From: an uncultured SAR116 cluster alpha proteobacterium
GTDB lineage: Bacteria; Pseudomonadota; Alphaproteobacteria; Puniceispirillales; Marisalimonadaceae
DNA length: 64,000 nucleotides
Reading direction: 5' to 3'
Assembly (NCBI GenBank): GCA_902615995.1
Contig: CACMRF010000003.1
Coordinates: 10,068-74,067, forward strand
Under the pieces are notes generated by a model. That model had not been told where the DNA came from. It did no database searches and was given only the letters and a program-made list of their open reading frames with translations. The translations under genes were made by a program, and so were the position numbers. Every line of letters begins with the position of its first letter. Position 1 is the stretch's first letter. Below are positions 36,724-47,702 of this stretch, one piece after another.

Positions 36724-39700
36724 GGCTTTAATATAAAATTAATCTCTTTCAAATAATCTTTTAGTAATTTAAATCTATTTACACTCTCACCTTTCAAGGT
36801 TATCACGATTTTTTCATCATTTCTAAGTTTGATAAAATTTTTATTTTTCTTAACCCAATCTAAAATTTTAGAAATTTCTTTTTCTCCTTGTTTTCTAAAA
36901 CCAATAATTAATGCTTTAGGCCCAATGTCTATAAAATTAATATTTAATTTTAAGCAAATTATTTTTAAAGATATTGTATAAATCAAATTTGAAACCTCAT
37001 TAGGTGGCGGACCAAATCTTTCATTTAATTCTTCTATAAAATTTTTAATTTCGTCATTAGAGGTTAAATCACCAATTTTTCTATATAATGACATTCTCGT
37101 TGATAAATCTTCAACGTAATCTTCAGGTATTAATACTGCTTTACCAATTGTAATCGTAGGTGACCAATTTACATATTGAGTATTTTTATTTTTTTTAAGG
37201 CTATTAATTGTTTCCATAAGCATTTTTTGGTAAAGTTCATATCCAATATCTCTGATTTGACCAGATTGTTCATCACCTAACAAATTACCTGCACCTCTAA
37301 TATCTAAATCATAATTAGCTAAAGAAAATCCTGCACCTAAATTGTCTAAAGTTTTTAAAACTTTTAACCTTTCTATCGCATTATCATTTAAAACTTTACC
37401 TTTTTTTGTTGTAAGATAAGCATAAGCTCTTTTATCACTCCTTCCAACTCTACCTCTGAGCTGATAGAGTTGGGACAAACCAAATAAATCAGCATTATAA
37501 ATAATTAGTGTATTAGCATTAGGGATATCAATTCCAGATTCAATAATATTTGTAGAAATTAAAATATTAGATTCCTTTTGATAAAAACTTATTATGCTAT
37601 CTTCCAATTCGGTCGGTGTTAATCTACCATGAGCAACAGAAATTTTTGATTCTGGAGACATTGTTTTAATTAACTTTAATACTATTTCAATATCTTTAAT
37701 TCTTGGACAAACAACAAAAATCTGACCATCCCTTTCTATCTCTCTTTTTAAAGCATCTGTTAAAGTAACCTTATCCCATTCATTAACAAAAGTTCTTACA
37801 GCTAATCTGTTAGTTGGAGGAGTTGTTATAAGACTTAAATCTTTTAAGCCAGTCAAAGATAACTGAAGAGTTCTTGGGATTGGAGTTGCAGATAAAGTTA
37901 ATACATGTATATCAAATTGCAGTTCTTTTAGCCTTTCTTTTTGAGCAACTCCAAAATGCTGTTCTTCATCAATAACTATCAATCCTAAATTTAAAAATGA
38001 GATGTCCTTAGATAAAAGAGCATGAGTACCAATTACAATAGATAACTTTCCATTATTAAGATCATTTTTAATTTTTAACCTATCATTGTTTTTAGTCATC
38101 CTAGATAGGCTTTTGATACTTATATCAAAATCTTTAAATCTATCTTCAAAAGTTTTAAAATGTTGTTCTACTAATATTGTTGTTGGTGCAACAATAGCTA
38201 CTTGTTTGCCAGAGGATGCCACAACAAAAGACGCTCTTATAGCTACTTCTGTTTTACCAAACCCAACATCTCCACAAATTAATCTATCCATCAATTTGTT
38301 TGAATAGATATCATTCAAAGTATCTTCGATTGCTGTTTCTTGATCATCAGTAAGATCAAAAGAAAAATTATTAACAAACTCGTTATAATTTTTTGGTTCA
38401 TAAATTTGTACTTTATTTTGAACTCTTCGATTTGCAGCAGTAGTTATCAATTTATTAGCTAGATCGTCAATTTTATTTTTAATTTTATTTTTTCTAATTA
38501 GCCAATTTGATGAACCTAGTTTATCTAAAATTCTATTTTCTAGACCATCAGCAATCTTAGATAATAAATTTATATTTTCGACCGGTACAAAAAGTTTGTC
38601 TCCACCAGAATATTCAATTTTCAAGCAATCATGATCATTATTAGAAATATTAATAATTTCTAAGGATCTATAAATGCCAACTCCATGATCCACATGCGCG
38701 ACAAAGTCATTAGCTTTGAGTGAGTTTAAATCTTTTAAAAAGTTTTCTGCCTTTCGAATTTTTGATTTTTTTGGTTTATAATTTTTATGAGAGTAGTCAC
38801 TTTCGTTAACAAAGATATAATTTTTAAATTCAAAACTATTTGTAATATTAATATTACAAAATATTAAATTACTCAATTCTGTGGAGTTTAATAAATCATA
38901 ATAATTTAAATAAATAATTTTTATTTTTTTATCTTTTATTGTTACTTCAAAATATTTTTTAAAGTTAAATAATTTTACTTTTTCTTCACAACAGAAAATA
39001 ATAGTTTTTCTATTATTTAATTGATTATTTATAAATTCTGATAGATGTTCCAGAGCACTTTTATTTAAAGAATTGTTTGTTGGCAAAATAATTCTTTTTG
39101 AATGATAATCATATGAATTACTTAGTTGTAAATCATTAATGAAATTAAATTTTAATGTTTTTTGATAATTTTTGAATTCGTTTAAAGTTAAGTAATTATA
39201 ATCAGGTTGAAGAAAATTTGAAAATTCATCACTTCTTCTTTTATATAATAATTCAATCTCTTCAAGTTTCTTTAAGACATGATTAATATTCTTATCAAAG
39301 ATTAAATATTTCATATCACTAAAACATTTATTTTTTGAAATTAAATCAAAAATATTCGAAAGAGCTGTGTTAAAAAATAAACTAAAATAATTTTCAATAC
39401 CTGAAATTCTATGGCCAGATAAAATCTTCGTATATAAATCATCATTTCTTAAATCAATATCAAAACTGCTGGAATAATTTTTTTTAAAAACTTCTATGTT
39501 TTCTTTTGATAAAAGAATTTCTGATGCTGGAAATATAATTAATTTATTATTAAATTTTAATTTGGATTTGTTTCTTTGAGTAAGTGCATCGAAAAATGAA
39601 ATTTTTTCTATTTTATCATTGTTTAAATAAATACGTATAGGATTTTCTTTTCCAGAATTAAAAATATCAATTATATCTCCCCTAACTGCAAATTCATTAT

Positions 39701-40178
39701 TTTCTCTAACAGTATTTACTTTTGTGTAACCCATTTTAGTTAATTTATCTCTTAAGTTTGAAATCGAAATAGTTTGTGAAATTAAAATATCTAAATAAAG
39801 ATTTTTATAAAAATCGAATGGTGCTGTTTTTATAAAAATACTATTAAATGTAGTTAAGATAACAAGTTCCTCATCTAAAAATACATTATTTACTAGACTA
39901 GATAATGCACTTATTCTTTGTCCATTTAATACTTTGTTAGGAGAAGAATTATCATAAGGTAAGATATCCCACGCAGGTATAGACAAAACTTTGCAATTAG
40001 GATTAGAAATCAAAATCAAACTTTCAATTTCATTCAATTGTTTATCATCTTTTAAAACTAAAAATAGTTTATTATTTAATTTTAAATATTTATTAATAAA
40101 AATCGGTAAGAATGCTTCATCAATACCATTAAAAGAAGAAAAATTATTTAACTCTTGATTGATTTTTAAATCAATCAT
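36720..40178 (-). CDS. mfd: Transcription-repair coupling factor
   Basis: GDVGFGKTEVA (Walker A), DEEQHFGV, QLYQLRGRVGRS helicase motifs, and Mfd-length architecture. ATG at 40176-40178 preferred over GTG at 40190. Confidence 0.95.
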   Translation of the reverse strand: MIDLKINQELNNFSSFNGIDEAFLPIFINKYLKLNNKLFLVLKDDKQLNEIESLILISNPNCKVLSIPAWDILPYDNSSPNKVLNGQRISALSSLVNNVFLDEELVILTTFNSIFIKTAPFDFYKNLYLDILISQTISISNLRDKLTKMGYTKVNTVRENNEFAVRGDIIDIFNSGKENPIRIYLNNDKIEKISFFDALTQRNKSKLKFNNKLIIFPASEILLSKENIEVFKKNYSSSFDIDLRNDDLYTKILSGHRISGIENYFSLFFNTALSNIFDLISKNKCFSDMKYLIFDKNINHVLKKLEEIELLYKRRSDEFSNFLQPDYNYLTLNEFKNYQKTLKFNFINDLQLSNSYDYHSKRIILPTNNSLNKSALEHLSEFINNQLNNRKTIIFCCEEKVKLFNFKKYFEVTIKDKKIKIIYLNYYDLLNSTELSNLIFCNINITNSFEFKNYIFVNESDYSHKNYKPKKSKIRKAENFLKDLNSLKANDFVAHVDHGVGIYRSLEIINISNNDHDCLKIEYSGGDKLFVPVENINLLSKIADGLENRILDKLGSSNWLIRKNKIKNKIDDLANKLITTAANRRVQNKVQIYEPKNYNEFVNNFSFDLTDDQETAIEDTLNDIYSNKLMDRLICGDVGFGKTEVAIRASFVVASSGKQVAIVAPTTILVEQHFKTFEDRFKDFDISIKSLSRMTKNNDRLKIKNDLNNGKLSIVIGTHALLSKDISFLNLGLIVIDEEQHFGVAQKERLKELQFDIHVLTLSATPIPRTLQLSLTGLKDLSLITTPPTNRLAVRTFVNEWDKVTLTDALKREIERDGQIFVVCPRIKDIEIVLKLIKTMSPESKISVAHGRLTPTELEDSIISFYQKESNILISTNIIESGIDIPNANTLIIYNADLFGLSQLYQLRGRVGRSDKRAYAYLTTKKGKVLNDNAIERLKVLKTLDNLGAGFSLANYDLDIRGAGNLLGDEQSGQIRDIGYELYQKMLMETINSLKKNKNTQYVNWSPTITIGKAVLIPEDYVEDLSTRMSLYRKIGDLTSNDEIKNFIEELNERFGPPPNEVSNLIYTISLKIICLKLNINFIDIGPKALIIGFRKQGEKEISKILDWVKKNKNFIKLRNDEKIVITLKGESVNRFKLLKDYLKEINFILKP

Positions 40179-40446
40179 TAATATTACCACTTTTCTTTAT
40201 CATATTAAGAAGATAAAGTTCTTTTTCATCATTGGATATTTCATTATCTATTGCTAATCTCCAAATACGTGGATCACCGGAATCTAAAATACTTTGATAT
40301 GTTTTTAATTGTTCAAATGTTAAGTCATATATGTAGGCATCTACAAAATTTGATAAAAGAATATCAGTTTCTTTTGTTCCAGTATATTTTGATCTATAAA
40401 TAAGCTTTTTTATAATTAAATCTTTATTGTTTAAATTTTCTTTCAT
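40171..40446 (-). CDS. sdhE: Succinate dehydrogenase flavinylation factor SdhE/SDHAF2 family (DUF339)
   Basis: 91 aa. YRSKYTGTKETDILLSNF resembles the RGxxExD block. Lies in the conserved alphaproteobacterial position between recG (divergent) and mfd. Confidence 0.65.
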   Translation of the reverse strand: MKENLNNKDLIIKKLIYRSKYTGTKETDILLSNFVDAYIYDLTFEQLKTYQSILDSGDPRIWRLAIDNEISNDEKELYLLNMIKKSGNIND

Positions 40447-40484
40447 AAAATTATCTTAGTTTACAAAAAATTGGGAACTTGTAA

Positions 40485-42587
40485 TTGTCTATTAGCATAA
40501 AAAAAAATAATTTATCAGAAAAAATTTTTAATTCTATTGAAAATATAAAAGGCATTGGTCCTAAAACAATTAAATTAATTAAAGATAAAATTGGTTCAAG
40601 AGTTATAGATCATTTATTAAATTTACCAACAAAATATATTAATAGATACCAAAAAACTTCAATTAAAAGTTCTGAAAAAGGAGATTATATTACTGTAGAT
40701 GTTGTGATCGTTGAAATGAATATCAAAAAGGGATTTTTTAAAAGAAGAATTCCTTCAAGAATAATAACATTTGGATTAAATGAGGAATCAAATCAAAGAC
40801 TTGATATTGTATATTTCAATCTTTATTCAAACAGCTTTTCAAAATTATATAAAATTAATAATGAATATACAGTTAGTGGTAAAGTTGAAATATTTAAGGG
40901 TATTCCTCAAATCACTCATCCTGATTACTTTATCCCTAAAGAACTAAATTATAAAATACCTAAATATGATCCAATTTACAGGATGCCAAATGGTATTAAG
41001 AAGAACCAAATTAATAATATTATAAATTATGGCTTAGAAAACTTAAATAATTTAGAAGAATGGTCTAGAGATGAAACTATTAAGAAATTTAATTTTTTAA
41101 GTTTTTCAAATACTATAAAGACACTTCATATGCCAAAAGAACAAGAGTTTAATAATCCAGAAAGCAACTTAATTAAAAGGTTAGCTCACGATGAATTATT
41201 ATCAAATTTTATTTCGCTAATGATTTTAAAAAATAAAATGCAAGCTAATAATTCTAGAATTTTAGAGAATGATTTAAATACCTTATTACTCAAAAATTTA
41301 AATTTTGAACTTACAGAAGATCAGATTAAAGTCATTAATGAAATTTCAGATGATTTAAAATCCAATAAGCCAATGCTACGGTTGTTGCAAGGTGATGTAG
41401 GAAGTGGAAAAACAATTGTTGCAATATTTGCCATAATACAAGTTATAGGATCGGGATATCAAGCAGCTTTAATGGCTCCAACTGAAGTTTTAGCTCAACA
41501 ACATTATCAAAATTTAAAACACCTTATTAAAAATTTAGATATTGAAGTTACCTTAATAGTTGGTAAACAATCTGCAAAATTAAAAAAACAAAATTATGAA
41601 AATGTCAAAAATGGTAAATCTAAAATAATAATAGGGACACATGCTTTAACCTCAAAAGGCTTAATATATAAAAATTTAAAATTAGCAGTTATAGATGAAC
41701 AACATAGATTTGGTGTGAATCAAAGAATTTCAATAGTTGAAAAGGGAAATGATATAAATTTACTTGTTATGACTGCAACACCAATTCCAAGATCATTAGC
41801 CTTGACATATTACAATGATATGAGTGTTTCAAATATAAAAATGAAACCAAAAGGAAGAAAAAATATTGATACATCTCTTATTTCTATCAAAAAATTAGAC
41901 TCACTGGTAAAAGGTTTAAAAAGAAGAATTTCTGAAGGATCACAAATTTATTGGATATGCCCCGCAATTGAATTCAATGAAGATACTACAAATTTAACAT
42001 CTATTGAGGAAAGAGAGAAATATTTATCAAAATATTTTAAGAGTACAGAGTTTAATATAGTTCATGGAAAACAAAAATCAGAAGAAAGAGATATAATAAT
42101 TAATAATTTTAAAAATGAAAAATCTAGAATTCTTCTAGCAACTACAGTTGTAGAAGTTGGAATAGATGTTCCAAATGCAGATATAATCATTATAGAGTCT
42201 GCTAATAGGTACGGGTTAGCACAATTACATCAACTTAGAGGTCGTGTAGGAAGAAGTGATAAACAGTCTTATTGTATACTTTTATATGAAAATCAATTAT
42301 CTGAAATTGCAGAAAAAAGATTAAATACATTAAAATCTACAAACGATGGATTTATCATTGCTGAAAAAGACTTAATTTTAAGAGGTCCAGGTGAAGTTTT
42401 GGGTGTAAGACAATCAGGAGATGCTAATTTTAGATTTGTAAATTTAATTCTTCATAAAGATTTAATTGAAAATGCTAAGATCGAAGCAGAGTTTTTATTT
42501 AATAATTTTGAAATAAATTCAAAAAAATTAGAACAACTTAATGAAATTTTCCAAAACAAAAATGCACTTATTTCGTTAGGCGGTTAA
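40485..42587 (+). CDS. recG: ATP-dependent DNA helicase RecG
   Basis: GDVGSGKT, DEQHRFGV, QLHQLRGRVGRS. 700 aa with an N-terminal wedge region. TTG start as in the track. Confidence 0.95.
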   Translation: MSISIKKNNLSEKIFNSIENIKGIGPKTIKLIKDKIGSRVIDHLLNLPTKYINRYQKTSIKSSEKGDYITVDVVIVEMNIKKGFFKRRIPSRIITFGLNEESNQRLDIVYFNLYSNSFSKLYKINNEYTVSGKVEIFKGIPQITHPDYFIPKELNYKIPKYDPIYRMPNGIKKNQINNIINYGLENLNNLEEWSRDETIKKFNFLSFSNTIKTLHMPKEQEFNNPESNLIKRLAHDELLSNFISLMILKNKMQANNSRILENDLNTLLLKNLNFELTEDQIKVINEISDDLKSNKPMLRLLQGDVGSGKTIVAIFAIIQVIGSGYQAALMAPTEVLAQQHYQNLKHLIKNLDIEVTLIVGKQSAKLKKQNYENVKNGKSKIIIGTHALTSKGLIYKNLKLAVIDEQHRFGVNQRISIVEKGNDINLLVMTATPIPRSLALTYYNDMSVSNIKMKPKGRKNIDTSLISIKKLDSLVKGLKRRISEGSQIYWICPAIEFNEDTTNLTSIEEREKYLSKYFKSTEFNIVHGKQKSEERDIIINNFKNEKSRILLATTVVEVGIDVPNADIIIIESANRYGLAQLHQLRGRVGRSDKQSYCILLYENQLSEIAEKRLNTLKSTNDGFIIAEKDLILRGPGEVLGVRQSGDANFRFVNLILHKDLIENAKIEAEFLFNNFEINSKKLEQLNEIFQNKNALISLGG

Positions 42588-43238
42588 TTTTTTTTGTTTT
42601 GGAGAAACAATTCCACCAGAAATAACTAATTTAACTGCCTGTTCAACTGGCATATCTAGATATATCAAATCCTTTTGAGCAACAAAAAGTAAAAACCCGC
42701 TGGTGGGATTGGGAGTTGTAGGAACAAAAATACTTACTAATTTAGATTTTTTAATTTTATCATCTATTTCACCTTTTACAGAACTTGTAACAAAGGCTAT
42801 GACCCATATATCTTTTCTTGGATATTCAACTAAAACCACTTCTTTAAAACTTTTAGAATTAGTGGACATAACAGTTTCCATAATTTGCTTTATTGATGAA
42901 TATACAGTTCTAATTACTGGTGTTTTAAATAAAATCATTTCACCAAGCTTAAGTAAATTTCTTCCAATTAATCCTGGTGTAATTGCACCAATTAAAGTTA
43001 TAACAAAAATAACAATTACCAAACCTAGACCAGGGATTTGAAATGGTAATGCCTTTCTAAAATCTAAATATTCAGGCAAAAGGTTTGCAACTTTGATATC
43101 AATAAAAGTGATTACAAGCCAAGTAACGTATATTGTAATTATTATTGGAGCAGTTACTAATAGACCTGTTAGAAAAAAACGTCTAAAGTTAATAAAAATT
43201 GATACATTTGTATTCGGTTGATTATTTAAATTAGTCAT
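42576..43238 (-). CDS. DUF502-family membrane protein
   Basis: 220 aa with two N-terminal TM helices, a PGLGLVIV block and a conserved soluble tail. Recall-based. Confidence 0.6.
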   Translation of the reverse strand: MTNLNNQPNTNVSIFINFRRFFLTGLLVTAPIIITIYVTWLVITFIDIKVANLLPEYLDFRKALPFQIPGLGLVIVIFVITLIGAITPGLIGRNLLKLGEMILFKTPVIRTVYSSIKQIMETVMSTNSKSFKEVVLVEYPRKDIWVIAFVTSSVKGEIDDKIKKSKLVSIFVPTTPNPTSGFLLFVAQKDLIYLDMPVEQAVKLVISGGIVSPKQKKLTA

Positions 43239-43273
43239 ATTAGCTTACTTTATTAAATGTATACACAATAAGT

Positions 43274-44104
43274 ATGAAAAAGTTAACATTAAAAGAATTA
43301 AATGAATTAAATAAACTGAATTCATTGAATAAGTTATTAAAAGTAATTGAACTTTTGAGACATCCTAAAAATGGATGTCCTTGGGATATTGCACAAACTT
43401 TTGAAACATTAAGTAATTTTCCAATTGAAGAAGCTTATGAACTTCAAAATGCAATAAATAATAAAGATATTAAAAATATTAAAGAAGAATTAGGAGATTT
43501 GTTACTTCAAGTAGTACTTTTTAGTCAAGTTAGCAAAGATAATAATATGTTTTCATTTGAAGAAGTTTGTAATGAAATTACAAAGAAAATTATAAGAAGA
43601 CATCCACAAATATTTGATATCAATTATAATGAAAATGATACCCCAAAAAACACATGGGAAAAAATTAAGTTGGGAGAAAAAAAAAATAAAAAAGGTCAAT
43701 TTAATAGTATATTAGATGACATTCCTAACAATTTACCTCCACTTCTAAAAAGCTATAAAGTTCAACAAAAAGTGAGTTTAATCAATTTTGATTGGAAAAA
43801 TTATTCAGGCCCGTTAAAAAAAGTTGAAGAAGAATTAATTGAAGTAAAAAAATCATTACAAATTAACAACAACATAGAAAAAGTTGAAGAAGAGATAGGA
43901 GATTTATTATTCTCTGTTGTAAACCTCATAAGGCATTTAGATTTAAATCCAGATATAGTTGTAGAAAAATCAATAAAAAAATTTAAAAATAGGTTTTTAA
44001 ATATTGAGAAAACACTTCAAAAAAATAATATTAAAATCAACTCAAAAAATATTCACCAATTATGGAAAGATGCAAAAATTAAAGAGGAATTGAATAATGA
44101 ATGA
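43274..44104 (+). CDS. mazG: Nucleoside triphosphate pyrophosphohydrolase MazG (tandem MazG domains)
   Basis: Two EExxE/ELGDLL-type blocks (EEAYELQNAI...EELGDLLLQV and EEEIGDLLFSV). CPWD motif. Confidence 0.85.
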   Translation: MKKLTLKELNELNKLNSLNKLLKVIELLRHPKNGCPWDIAQTFETLSNFPIEEAYELQNAINNKDIKNIKEELGDLLLQVVLFSQVSKDNNMFSFEEVCNEITKKIIRRHPQIFDINYNENDTPKNTWEKIKLGEKKNKKGQFNSILDDIPNNLPPLLKSYKVQQKVSLINFDWKNYSGPLKKVEEELIEVKKSLQINNNIEKVEEEIGDLLFSVVNLIRHLDLNPDIVVEKSIKKFKNRFLNIEKTLQKNNIKINSKNIHQLWKDAKIKEELNNE

Positions 44105-44855
44105 TTTAAAACAAACTATTCTTATTACTGGAGCCACTTCAGGATTTGGTAAAGAAACAGCTAAAATTTTTATTAAAAATGGATGGAAAGTAATAATTAC
44201 TGGAAGAAGAGGTAATAGACTAGAAGATCTAACAAAAGAATTAGGTGAACATTGCCTTCCACTTTGTTTTGATATAACTGATAGAATTGCTGTAAAAAAA
44301 GAAATTGAAAATATTCCTCCAGATTTTTCAAATATAGATGTTTTATGTAATAATGCTGGTTTAGCACTTGGATTAGAAGGTGCAGATGAAGCAAATTTAG
44401 ATGACTGGGACAAAATGGTCGATACAAACATTAAAGGTTTAATCTATGCCACGAGACAGGTTTTACCAAAAATGGTTCAAAATAAAAGTGGGCATATAAT
44501 TAATATAGGTTCTGTAGCCGGATCATATCCATATCCAGGAGGAAATGTGTACGGAGGAACTAAAGCTTTTGTCAGCCAGTTCTCCTTAAACCTTAGAGCT
44601 GATTTGGTTAGTAAAGGGATTTATGTAACATCAATAGAGCCTGGCTTAGCTGAAACAGAATTCTCAATAGTTAGGTTTAAAGGTGATAATGAAAAAGCAA
44701 ATAAAGTTTATGAAAACACAAATTTTATCAAACCGGAAGATATAGGTGAAATTATTTACTGGGTTGCAACTAGACCAAAAAATATTAATGTTAATAGAAT
44801 TGAAATAATGGCAGGATTGCAAGCATTCAATCCATTTAATATTATAAAAAATTGA
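44097..44855 (+). CDS. NADP-dependent 3-hydroxy acid / serine dehydrogenase-like SDR (YdfG-like)
   Basis: TGATSGFG, NNAG, YGGTKAF (YxxxK). 252 aa. Overlaps the mazG end by 8 nt. Confidence 0.8.
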   Translation: MNDLKQTILITGATSGFGKETAKIFIKNGWKVIITGRRGNRLEDLTKELGEHCLPLCFDITDRIAVKKEIENIPPDFSNIDVLCNNAGLALGLEGADEANLDDWDKMVDTNIKGLIYATRQVLPKMVQNKSGHIINIGSVAGSYPYPGGNVYGGTKAFVSQFSLNLRADLVSKGIYVTSIEPGLAETEFSIVRFKGDNEKANKVYENTNFIKPEDIGEIIYWVATRPKNINVNRIEIMAGLQAFNPFNIIKN

Positions 44856-45710
44856 TTAATTAATATTTAATTTACTTTTTACATGTTTCCAGTGTTCAAT
44901 GTTTTTTGCAGCTAATATTGGACCCTTAGAAAAAACATTGAATGTGGATGCATTATTAAACATCAAAACTTCACCACCTGCCTCTTTTGTGATTAAAGTC
45001 ATAGGTGAATGATCCCAAGGAGTTACTCTACCATGAAAAATGAAATCTACCTCATTATTTGCTAACATTAAAGTTTCGACACCTGCACTTCCAATAAAAC
45101 ACCTTTTAAAATTAGAATTAAATTTTTCTAAAATAATTTTTCTAGTAATTTCAGGTATTCCTTTTGTTCCACCTGTTGCAAAGTTAAATAATTCTTTATT
45201 AATTTTTAATTTACAAATCTCATGGGTGTTTAAATCTAAAATCTTAGAGCCAAAATTTTTAAATGAACTAATGTATTTTTTTATCAGTGGATAATATATA
45301 AAAGCTGCAATTGGTTTTTTTTTTAAAATCAATGAAACCATACTACAAAAATTTTTATTTTTATTTATATAGTTTTTTGTTCCATCTATTGGATCGATAG
45401 TAAAATAGTATCCATCATCTATAATTGAAAAATCAATTTTTTTTTGAAAAAAAGTTTCTTCTCCAATAATTTTAATTGTTGTAAATTTTTTATTTATTTC
45501 TTTAATAATATATTCTTCCGCTTTTTTATCATAAACAGTAACAAAATCATCTTTGTCAGATTTAGTAAAAATTTTATCAGAATTTAGATCTTCTAAATGT
45601 TTAATGATTATATCATCATTAACTTTTTTTAATAAAAAAAAGAAAAAATCATTTACATATTTTCTATTTTCTTCCTTTGTAAAATCGAACATTTTGTAAT
45701 TACTTGTCAT
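44856..45710 (-). CDS. Inositol monophosphatase-family phosphatase
   Basis: IIGEE, DPIDGTKNY and WDHSP motifs. Confidence 0.8.
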   Translation of the reverse strand: MTSNYKMFDFTKEENRKYVNDFFFFLLKKVNDDIIIKHLEDLNSDKIFTKSDKDDFVTVYDKKAEEYIIKEINKKFTTIKIIGEETFFQKKIDFSIIDDGYYFTIDPIDGTKNYINKNKNFCSMVSLILKKKPIAAFIYYPLIKKYISSFKNFGSKILDLNTHEICKLKINKELFNFATGGTKGIPEITRKIILEKFNSNFKRCFIGSAGVETLMLANNEVDFIFHGRVTPWDHSPMTLITKEAGGEVLMFNNASTFNVFSKGPILAAKNIEHWKHVKSKLNIN

Positions 45711-46851
45711 TTATATTTAAAGAGAATTCGTAAATTTTTTTCTTTAATTTTTTTATATCATCAACATTAAATGAAGAAGTAAATATACCATTTTTAAAAT
45801 TAGAAAAATATAAATTTTGTTTTTCATTACACACTAAATCACATTTATTAAAAACATTAATAACTTTCTCTTTTAAATAATTGTCTCCAACACCTATACT
45901 TTTAAGTGTTTTTAAAATTATGTCATACTTATCTTCCATATTTTTATCAGAAGCATCATTAACAATTAACAAAAAATCTGAATCCTTAATAAATTCGAGA
46001 GTGGATTTAAAAGATTCTACCAATTCAGTCGGAAGAGAGGAAATAAAACCAACAGTATCAGATAAAATTATTTTACTTTTATAGGACATTTCATGCTTCA
46101 TTAATCTTAAAGTTGGGTCTAATGTAGCAAATAACATGTTTTTAGAAATTACCGAAGAGTTGGTAAGATTATTAAATAATGTTGATTTTCCAGTATTTGT
46201 ATAACCAACTAAAGAAACTATAATTGATGATGAGTTTTTTCTTTTTGAATTTTGAATTGATCTAGTTTTGACAACTTTTTGAAGACTTGCATTTAAATTT
46301 TTAATATTTTTATTAATTATTCTTCTATCTAACTCTATTTGTCTTTCTCCAGGACCACCTAAAAAACCAGACCCACCTCTTTGTCTTTCTAAATGTGTCC
46401 AAGATCTTACAAGTCTAGTTTTTTGAAAATTCAAAGCAGCTAATTCTACTTGGATTTTACCTTCACTTGAAATTGCTCTTGAAGAAAATATTTCTAAAAT
46501 AACTTGTGTTCTATCTATTACTTTAACTTTAAATAAAAGCTCCAGATTTCTCTGTTGTATTGGAGATAATTGAAAATCAATAATTAATAAATTAATTTTT
46601 AATTTTTGTATTAATTTTAAGATACAGTCTAGTGAATTTTTATTAAATAAATATGCAGATGAAAATTTATTAATTTTTATGGTTAAAACATCTAATATAT
46701 TTACATTTAATGCACGAACTAATGAAATTGTTTCTGATTTTCTGTTTTCTAAGTTATTTTTATTATAGAAAGAATCTTTAAATATTTTATAATTATTTAT
46801 AATAGGAATAACTATTAGTACTTTTTCTTTTAAATTACTTATATTATTCAA
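45700..46851 (-). CDS. hflX: GTPase HflX
   Basis: G1 GYTNTGKSTLFN, DTVGF, NKCD. N-terminal HflX domain. TTG start as in the track. Confidence 0.9.
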   Translation of the reverse strand: MNNISNLKEKVLIVIPIINNYKIFKDSFYNKNNLENRKSETISLVRALNVNILDVLTIKINKFSSAYLFNKNSLDCILKLIQKLKINLLIIDFQLSPIQQRNLELLFKVKVIDRTQVILEIFSSRAISSEGKIQVELAALNFQKTRLVRSWTHLERQRGGSGFLGGPGERQIELDRRIINKNIKNLNASLQKVVKTRSIQNSKRKNSSSIIVSLVGYTNTGKSTLFNNLTNSSVISKNMLFATLDPTLRLMKHEMSYKSKIILSDTVGFISSLPTELVESFKSTLEFIKDSDFLLIVNDASDKNMEDKYDIILKTLKSIGVGDNYLKEKVINVFNKCDLVCNEKQNLYFSNFKNGIFTSSFNVDDIKKLKKKIYEFSLNINDK

Positions 46852-46862
46852 TTTACTAATAA

Positions 46863-47702
46863 TTAATCATTTAATTCTAAATATGTTTTCCGCAGTAAGT
46901 TAGAAAATTCTCCAACTTTTCCATTATTGATTTTGATGTTATCTACCTGTATTACAGGTGTAACAAAAGATGAAGCACTTGTAATAAAAGCTTCCTTACA
47001 ATTTTTAATATTATCAAATGATATTTTTTTTTCTTCCACTTTAATATTTTTATTTTTAGCACAATTTAAGATTGAATCTCTTGTAATTCCAGCTAATATT
47101 TTTCCATCAAGAGATCTTGTAACTAGTATATTGCTTTTGTTTAATATCCAAAAGTTTGAACTTGACCCCTCTGTTATATACGAATTTTTGTCTAAAAATA
47201 ATGCTTCACCAAAACCGTTTTTAATTCCCTTTGTTTTAGCTAATACATTTGGTAAAAGTTGTGTTGTTTTAATATCTGGATTATTCCATCTAGTATCAAA
47301 TGTTGTATAAACTTTAATACCCGGAATAATAGTCTTAAAGTCTTCTTTAATTTTTTTTGTTAAAATAACTAGAATTGGTTTTAAAGGCATATTGAAATAA
47401 CTATGATCTCTTGAATATTCACCTCTTGATACTTGAATATAAATTGAACCATGTTTTATATTATTTTCAGTAACTAATCTTTTCATGATTGTTATTATGG
47501 CTGAATCTGAATACTTTAATTGAAAATCAATTCTAGACATTGATATTCTAAGTCGTTTCAAATGACCTTCTAAGTCTAAAAATTTACAATTTTTATAATA
47601 TATTACTTCATAAACAGCATCACCAAACTGATACCCTCTATCATTTACTGAGATTTGCGCTTTTTCAAGGGAGCAAAATTTATTATTTACGTAAGATAAC
47701 AT
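46863..47702 (-). CDS. Class IV aminotransferase (D-amino-acid / branched-chain aminotransferase family)
   Basis: 279 aa. RGYQFGDAVYE, HLKRL and EGSSSNFW blocks of fold-type IV PLP enzymes. Size fits D-alanine aminotransferase better than IlvE. Confidence 0.75.
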   Translation of the reverse strand: MLSYVNNKFCSLEKAQISVNDRGYQFGDAVYEVIYYKNCKFLDLEGHLKRLRISMSRIDFQLKYSDSAIITIMKRLVTENNIKHGSIYIQVSRGEYSRDHSYFNMPLKPILVILTKKIKEDFKTIIPGIKVYTTFDTRWNNPDIKTTQLLPNVLAKTKGIKNGFGEALFLDKNSYITEGSSSNFWILNKSNILVTRSLDGKILAGITRDSILNCAKNKNIKVEEKKISFDNIKNCKEAFITSASSFVTPVIQVDNIKINNGKVGEFSNLLRKTYLELND